Assembly (NCBI RefSeq): GCF_009914755.1
Contig: NC_060938.1
DNA length: 64,000 nt
Reading direction: 5' to 3' (one strand)
DNA from: the human T2T-CHM13v2.0 reference genome, Homo sapiens
This document shows positions 55,741 to 64,000 of this stretch, one piece after another; positions within the stretch are counted from its first letter, which is position 1, and every line of letters begins with the position of its first letter. Position numbers and translations under genes: made by a program. The notes beneath the pieces are model-generated. The model ran no database searches. It worked only from the letters and a program-made list of their open reading frames with translations, and was not told where the DNA came from.

Positions 55741-58009
55741 TTCACAAACTATCATAGTTACCACGACTACTACCACTACCTCCAATACTATAAGTGTCAT
55801 AACAGAATCCATAAGAAACCTTATGAAATGCTCAACTAAATTAGCCCTGAGAACTTTAAACGAGTTCATTTGCAGGAGCAGCCAACTCTCTGACAGTCAG
55901 TGCAACTGGAAATTATACAGGTCAACTGGAAATTCATGACAGATCTATAATCCAATGTACCCTATCAGAGCAGGAGGACAATGACTCTTCAAATCACCCA
56001 GCTGTAGGTACATGGCTTCTGAGAGTAGCCTCAGATTAGGCCAAGGCTGCAACCAGGTCACATAGCAGAATGAATCTTAAGTGTGTCTGTCTTACACCAG
56101 CACATGTAAAGATAAATCGACGCTTTGAAATTCCTCAGTTTTTGGAATATCTGCCTCCATTCATGTGGAGTTGAGCTTTTATTGCCTTATCCCACTCAGT
56201 TCAATAATCAAACACTAATTGAGCACCTTCTTTGAACCATGATAGGGAATTAAGTTTTATTATAGGTGCCACAGGGACCCACTGGAGAGTTAACGTGTAC
56301 ACATATGTACCAAGCACATCATGCATTCAATTATCCTTAGTTCCCACAAAATTAAAGATTTGAATACAACAAGGCTACTAAAACAGAAATAGGAAATAGA
56401 AAAAGAAGCAAACCCTAAGGCCAATAAACTTACTGAATTTGAGCATTTCACTTTGTTACATATACAAGCAATTCAGAGCAAGGAATGCATGGTAGTTCCT
56501 GTCATTTTTTTCTCTCTGTAACACCAGGAGAAAAAGAAAGTTTCACATGACTAATGACTAAAATGCCCCCAGATTCCTCATTCAGAAAGGACCATTTTCT
56601 ATGTTTGAAATGTAATGAAAAAAATATCCATCAATGCTAAGCGCTTGAGTGTGGCTGTTTCCAACTAATAAATCACAAACCTTGATCAATCAGTTGATCC
56701 CAAAGCCTGACCTGGGAGATAGCTGCACTCCTCCATTTTTCCAGTCTCTCCCCCCATTTCTGCACAGTCCTAGGCCTCTCAGACAATTGTCACTGTAGAG
56801 AAGTATGGGGGGGGATGAGCTCCCACTTCAATCTCAAGGAAACTGAAAGGAACGCATCATTAGAGAAGGTTAAGGAAACTATTTGAACATAATTCCAAAC
56901 AACCTGGGGATTAGCATTCAAGTTAGGGGAAACTGTCTCTGCTGTAGCTTGCCCAACAGCTGTGGGAAGAATAATCTAAGTTAATGACTGGAGGAGGTGT
57001 CTGAAAAGATGTCAAGCCCTCCTTGGGCATCAGTTACCCTGGTAAACAGTCTATCCTATTTTCTTCACTGAGGTTATGCATGTTCCCTTCCGCCTACTAA
57101 TTCCAACTCAGGAAATAAAATCAAGAGACTGGAACTGAGCAAAAACAAGAAGCAAACTTGATTTAAGCTTCAATTTTCCATGTAACACAGCTTGAAAATA
57201 GCAAGCTGTATGACTCCTTGTGGGGATAATAAACAATGCAATGCATTTTTCTGAAGGCTTCGAAAAGGGCTCAGCACTCAGCTCTATGTTCTAGAAATTG
57301 TGAAGAAAACACCCTTCCCATCCATGCCATTTTACTCGAACTTATGTAACTTCCTAGAAATGCCTACTAAGCAATACCTAAAGGAAAAGGCTGTGGTCTA
57401 GTCTGAAAGTTAGTTGGATAAGCAAGTATCTATCACCTGCAGTATGCATTGTCAGATGCCAGGCAAGGTTGAATTTACAGAAGAACCTGAAACATTCTTC
57501 TTCCTAAAGAAGTTAGTTAAGGGTGGAGAAGCAGCATCTGCACACATAAATACAGAGATTGAAAGAGATGGGTGAAGAATCCAACGCTGGAACATCACAC
57601 AAGGTCTATGTGCCATAAAAACAAAGATGGTCAGGAAAGAAGGAGGGGAACAGGGAAGGCATCATACATGGGCCAGGCAAAGTCTGGGCAGGCTCAGAAG
57701 AATGGGTAGTGTTCTGCTGGTGGGATTCCAGGCACTATTTGAGGGCTACTGAACACTGTGCTGTGGATTTGTGATCTATCTACTGTCACGCAGAGTTAGT
57801 CTTAGATTTCCGGATCCCAGACACATGCTATTTGCCTGCCCAAGAACCTGTCCAGATCTGTCTCTGGACCACAAAATTCCTACTGACTCAAAAACCTCAG
57901 GGTGAGTAGAAATGGGCACACTCCAGCAAATGGGGAATGTGTAAACTGGGAAAAATTATAGGAGACAGTGAGAGCAGGAGAGTTGGTAATTGGGCAGGAT
58001 GTTTCTAAA

Positions 58010-58830
<821 letters not shown>

Positions 58831-60290
58831 ATGTCAAAAAAATCAAACTCTTCAGGGAAAATAGCAGATGAAACAAGTCTAAGAGCCACAGCAATGGACT
58901 CACCATATGATCCTGGGGGGCCACAAGTTGATGTATGACTGTCTTTCAAGCACAACCCCAAGCAAAAAGTGCAGCAGAAAAAACAAATGCATTTCGATTA
59001 TCATTCAGTTGGCTTGGCCATTTTATCCAAGGCTTACCAAAGATGGCCTGGAAAATAAAGTTTGCAGCCATGCGAACTCAGCAGTCTTGACTGTCCTCAA
59101 GTTATTGCTGATGAATCAGATAGAGATGAGAACAGGAGACACACAGCAGGTCCAGTCATACATGAAGGCAGCAAGGGGAAGCTTGTATTTGTCTGACTTT
59201 AAGAGAGCTTGAATTGCTCCACTTATTCTCTGTGTGAACAAGTAGGGCCTGAGCAGATAATGGCAAGGCCCTTTGCAACCTGGTTGGAGCCTTCTCAGCG
59301 GGATGAAGAAGCACCCTCAGAAAAGTGGCACTGTTAGTACACAACTTAATAACAGCTTTTAGGCGGATGACAGGAAGCACATTGAAACTACATTACCTGC
59401 TGCATAGGGAAAGAAATAAACAGTTTATTGACTGGTGGAGAAAATGATTACAGGGTAAATAAAAATGACTCAGGGAAGTGGAGATGAGGATGTATTAAGG
59501 AAGAAAGAAAGATGTTTCAACCCAAGAGAGTACACAGAAGGAGGTGGAGAAAGGGCAGGCAGCTGACAAGGAACGAGACAGGATACGCTGGCTCTGAATA
59601 CAATGTGAAAACTCACTCATGGTTTTCTTAATACAATGGCAGGCAAGGCAGGAAATAAAATAGAGCCCATTCATGCACACATTGTCAGGAAATGCAGAAA
59701 TTAAGAGTCCTGGCATGGCCCAGCACAGGAATAGATGAATGCCTTTACAAGAAAGAATCTACAGAGGGTTAGAAAAACGCATGAGGCTGACCACTCAGAG
59801 AAGCTAAAAGGCTATTTGCCTGCTATGGAACTGGGGAATGTAACCCACAACCAGGTGGAGAAATAGCCCCCCTGGAGCCCAGCTACCTGTCAATGGCTTG
59901 GAGCACTGAGGGCTTGCTTTTCTTTTGCATGTGCTTCCATTAATTTATACTAGTCTGGAAGAAATTCTCTAGAGAATTCCTGAAATTCACCTCAAAGACA
60001 CTGCTTCCCCTCTGCCAAGGGCTCATTATTGCTTTGGGCAGATGGGTGTACAAACTCCTACTCTATGTGACATATCCCCAAGGTAAGCACTTACCTAAGT
60101 CTTTGTTGGTAAATGTAATGATACTCATGCCCAAGCTGCGTTTCCCGCCAGCATTTCTCTCCTTCGTTTGGGGGACACCTTGCTTTCTGTACTTCTCTGT
60201 ACTTTCTCTACTTTTGCCAATGCCTAACTTATAATTCCCTGATCTCCTCAACACTCTTCTGCAACCACCAACCTTTGATAGAGAATTAGC

Positions 60291-60369
60291 CTGTGAATTA
60301 GTGAGAAGACAGGTAGTTTAAACGGGGAGTATCATCCCTATTTAAACCTGTCTTCTCACTAATTCACAG
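60291..60369. repeat. Perfect 24-bp inverted repeat (hairpin)
   Basis: CTGTGAATTAGTGAGAAGACAGGT (60291-60314) is the exact reverse complement of 60346-60369. Confidence 0.97.
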
Positions 60370-60419
60370 AATACATCCAAGTGGCATTTCCTCTCAGGAC
60401 ACTTCTGTGCCAGCCCCTC

Positions 60420-60590
60420 CCTGACTCTGAGGAGGGTTCGCCAGTGACCTTCATAAGGTCTTTGCATTACCAGACTGGCAGCTCCTTGAAGTCATGGATT
60501 GGGCCTTTGTCCACTTTCACATCTGTCCACCAAGCCTAGAGGCTGGGGCTCAGATGATGCTCAATAAACGTTTGCCAGATGAAAGAGTAA
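60420..60590 (+). mobile_element. L2 3' end
   Basis: ccagactggcagctccttgaag...gatgctcaataaacgtttgccagatgaa. Confidence 0.7.
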
Positions 60591-61886
60591 TTGAGCATCA
60601 ACATGGTTTCCTCTCAGGCCACGTTTTCCCTCTCAGGGAAAGGGAGAATGGCTGAGCTATCTTCTTGCACTGGTAGCCTCCAACTCTTCCAGAGTCACTA
60701 GGTAGATTTCATCTCCACCTCCTTGCTATTAATTATCTGCTTCAGTTTGATTGAGCGCTTACAGAGGCAAGGCCTGGCCTTGGCATAGTGGGTCTGAAAT
60801 GCCTTGCACTTTAGAAGTTTATAATATAATCCTAAATGTGTGACTCACAGTACTCATACAGAGCTTAAACATTAGCTCTTACTAGTGTTTTTTTAAATTT
60901 TTTTAGTAGAAGCTAATATTTAACAACTGTTACTGACACCCTGTGTGTCAAGCTTCCTTGACTCCCCGTTGGGCCTTGCCAGCCATCATGATCATTGTGG
61001 TCTCCTGGTTTCAAATGGTTAAGCCCTGCTCCTAACCTCTAACACTTCAGTGTTCCTTCAAAAATGGAGTGCCTACAAAAATTATTTTCCCCAATTGTGC
61101 AACGTTATCATTCCCTTTTCCAGATAAGAAAGCTAAGGCCCGTAGACATGATAGAACTCACAAGAAGGAGCACGGTTAGTCAATACTGAACAAGTATCAG
61201 AACCTGTGTCTTTTCAAAATAACAGAATGCCACTCTAACTAAAAGTCCTCTTCCAATTCTTTCCTTGTGAATCCTTTTAAACATTGAAAAGAAAACCTCC
61301 AAAAACCAGTGCAATAGCTGCCACAAGACAGAGTAGTTGGTGGTAAGAGCCAAGCTAGTGGCCCAAGTAATAACAGCTCTGTGTTCTGACACTGGAGAAA
61401 TAATTTTGGGCAAGGGATGCAGCTGGTCTCTTTATAAACTAGTTTATGAACTCCGCACTTGGTGTTACATTGTCAGGAGGAGAAAGAAGGACTTCAAATT
61501 GCTTCAGAAGGAAACAGATCAATGCTGAGTCCCTGGGAATGGTATTTGATTTGCTGCATCTTCACAAAAAGAAATGCCCACATGAAGAGTTGTTATCCCT
61601 GGGTATTGAAAGGACTTCTTAGGCAGAACTCACACAGCTGAAGAGCAAGCTTGAATGCTTGAGCAAGCTGCCATCAAGCAACTATTTGAGAGGATATAAA
61701 GCAAATGTGGCATTTTATCACCTCCTGGCATGACCACAACCCTCCTAGCCAATGAACACATTTCACTCTGCTGCTTTATATTAACAGAAGGAACAAATGA
61801 TTTGACCTATTGCTATTAAAGCAAGACTCCAACGAAACAGCATGTTCAGTCATGGGCATAAACAAGGCTCTGCATATACCTCCTGT

Positions 61887-62225
61887 TGTGTTAGTTTGGG
61901 TTCTTCTAGAAGTAGATGCCAAAATGGGACTGGACATAAAAGAGATTTATTGGGGAAAATGTCCATGAGGGAAAATGGAAAGGAAGCAGGTGAAGGCTGA
62001 GAAAGCTGTCATAACACAATGCAGGTCTGACACTTTTGAAGGAGGATTTAGGTGAAATGTCCTCAACTGCCATGCAGCCTAAGGAAGTTTCCATCAGGCT
62101 GTTAGGAAGTCCTTGAGCCAAAGTTGCCCACCAGAGGAGTTCTACATCTTGCAGTAATAGGACTGTATCTGTGTCCCAGCTGTGCTTGACTATTGGTTGA
62201 GAACAGCCCAGAGAAAGCATGGAGA
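61887..62225. mobile_element. Old LTR (MLT1/ERVL-type) fragment
   Basis: tgttagtttgggttcttctagaagtagatgcc...agagatttattgggg...gcaggtctgacac. Confidence 0.6.
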
Positions 62226-62559
62226 AATGACAACTAAGGCAGTCTATGGAGACTGTGGGCCACTGTGAGCCAGAGTTTATCTAGGATATGATTTATTAAC
62301 TGCCCCCCTTAGGCCCTCTCTCTAACAAGGGGCCAGGGTCTCTGGGTAACATTGTCAACTCAGACCATATGTCTAATTGTCCTCAAAATGTCTAGATCTA
62401 CCACTTTCCCCACTCTACAGTCATTCAAGCAAATGGCCCCAGGATCCTTTAGGAAAGAGCTAGAGAAATCATCATGGTGAATACTTACCATGGTCAAATG
62501 GTTCTAGATCTGAAAATTGACTCAGATCTGGAAACTTCGAAAAAGACTGGGACTTTTTC

Positions 62560-63950
62560 TCAGGTGAGCACATTTAGCCTCTTTCTTCTGCATTTCTGCC
62601 ATGTTGTTCTTGTTGATGATGATGGTCTTAGGTAGCATCCTTGCTGGTTTCTGATGTATTTTGCCCTAGAAATGCCAAGTTATTTACCAGCTGCCCCTGT
62701 GGCTGCCCCTCAGACCTTGCTATGGTCACTGTGGCTTGCTGGCTTCCAGGGATTAAGCACTGTACCCTGAACTTCAGGGTTCCATCAAGACCATGGAGAT
62801 TAGTAATCCCATCTCTGTGGCCATCTCTCTTGCCATCATTCTTGGCTTACATAGGAACCACCACCCAACTTCTTAGTGATGTTGGCACTCATCTTGCTGG
62901 CACTTTCTTGATGACTTTGGTGAAAAGCGTGACCTTTTTATCCTCCCAAGGAACAAGTCATTTGGTAGGTTGTCTGCCCTTACATAACTCACACCTATAC
63001 ACGTTCCAGCAAACCTGCCTCCTTCAGCCTCTTTATTCCTTCTCCAACCTACTACCAGGACAGCTCAGACATTTGACTTTGCTCAACATTGATAATTATT
63101 TTCTGTAGGATTCTATGAGCTATACTAGCTATACTGGCCATGAATTTGCTCCTGGGGTTCTAACCAGTCTTTTCTGTGCCCCTAAGAAAGTCAATGAATT
63201 TCTCTGCTCAGCTAGTCTTATATTCTGACCCCTCGATTAAATATCTTTAAAGCTCAACCCCAGGAATATTTCTCTGGCTCCTGACAGTAACTTTTAGCTA
63301 ATTCTTGCCACTTTTTTGGGATATAACGTTTTTGCTCTCTCATTAGGCTCAGCATGTCCCCAACCAGATTATGATTAGACTTAGCCTTAGTTATCAGCCT
63401 GACAGTCAAAGTGTGGAGGCAGCTTTTGGGAGGGGGAGGCTGGTTGCCTTGTGAAGGAAGGGCCTAGCAGGCACTGTCAGCACAGAGAATGGATCACCTC
63501 TGCGAGTTCTGAGAGTTCAGGAGGGATATCTGCAGAGCCAACGTTCTCAAGAGCACCCATTGAGATGGTCTCATCCCACATTTCAGGGTCTCAGGTTTTC
63601 CCATCAAGGATCTGACCTCAGCAAGAAAAGACCTACCTTGATTGAGCATTCAGCACCTCTGGAGCTTGCATGTCTGACTCTTTCAGAGCTTCAGTCTGAT
63701 GCTCAGCTGTGTCCACTCCTCCCACACAGGAGATAAAGAACTCTTTTGTAAAGTATCAGGGAAGCATTCTAGCACTCACACTTAATGTTTAACTCCCTGT
63801 TAATGGCCTTCAATTTCTCATCCCCTTGCAGGGCATCAATGCAACTTAGCAGCTAACGCTTCTGTCTTTGTAGGCGTTATCCCCCATGTCTTTCAACTAC
63901 CTGAGCCATCACACATGCAAGGGAATTCCTTTCCAACAGGTGGTCTTGTC
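62560..63950 (-). mobile_element. ERVL-class internal (gag) relic, ERV3-16A3/HERV16-like
   Basis: Reverse complement ttcaccaaagtcatcaagaaagtgcc...ccaacatcactaagaagttgggtggtgg resembles ERVL gag (FTKAIRNALVRGAPASLRSSVV); right boundary uncertain. Confidence 0.65.
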
Positions 63951-64000
63951 AGATCACTTTAGTGAAACTTCTAGCAACTGGGCCACCTCCTTGTGCCAGG

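Noticed and set aside
62641-63108. 155-aa plus-strand ORF, the longest in the window
   Set aside because: It starts at TTG, lies antisense to an ERVL gag relic and has no recognisable domain.

Overview
This is CpG-depleted primate (human-like) genomic DNA with no recognisable intact protein-coding gene, RNA gene or CpG island. It reads as an intergenic or deep intronic region made largely of transposable-element relics: 8 Alus; many MaLR/ERVL/ERV1 solo LTRs (MST, THE1, MLT1, MLT2, LTR6, LTR1, MER34, LTR16-like); L1, L2 and CR1/L3 fragments; MIRs; Tigger/hAT DNA transposons; and an antisense ERVL-type gag relic. Repeat family names come from recall of consensus sequences and need RepeatMasker/Dfam confirmation. 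Boundaries with target-site duplications (TSDs) are near exact, the others are approximate. The ORFs in the track are repeat-derived or chance. The structures least explained by ordinary repeats are: (1) an old, diverged tandem duplication at about 29.5-34.5 kb carrying splice-like signals and Cys-containing broken frames, possibly a decayed gene pair; (2) a perfect 24-bp inverted repeat forming a pre-miRNA-sized hairpin at 60291-60369; (3) an L1PA with a 70-bp inverted copy of its own downstream sequence; (4) a well-preserved LTR6 solo LTR with GATA/FOXA-type motifs; (5) several micro-inversions and micro-duplications suggesting template switching. I cannot support a claim of a new biological system from the sequence alone.
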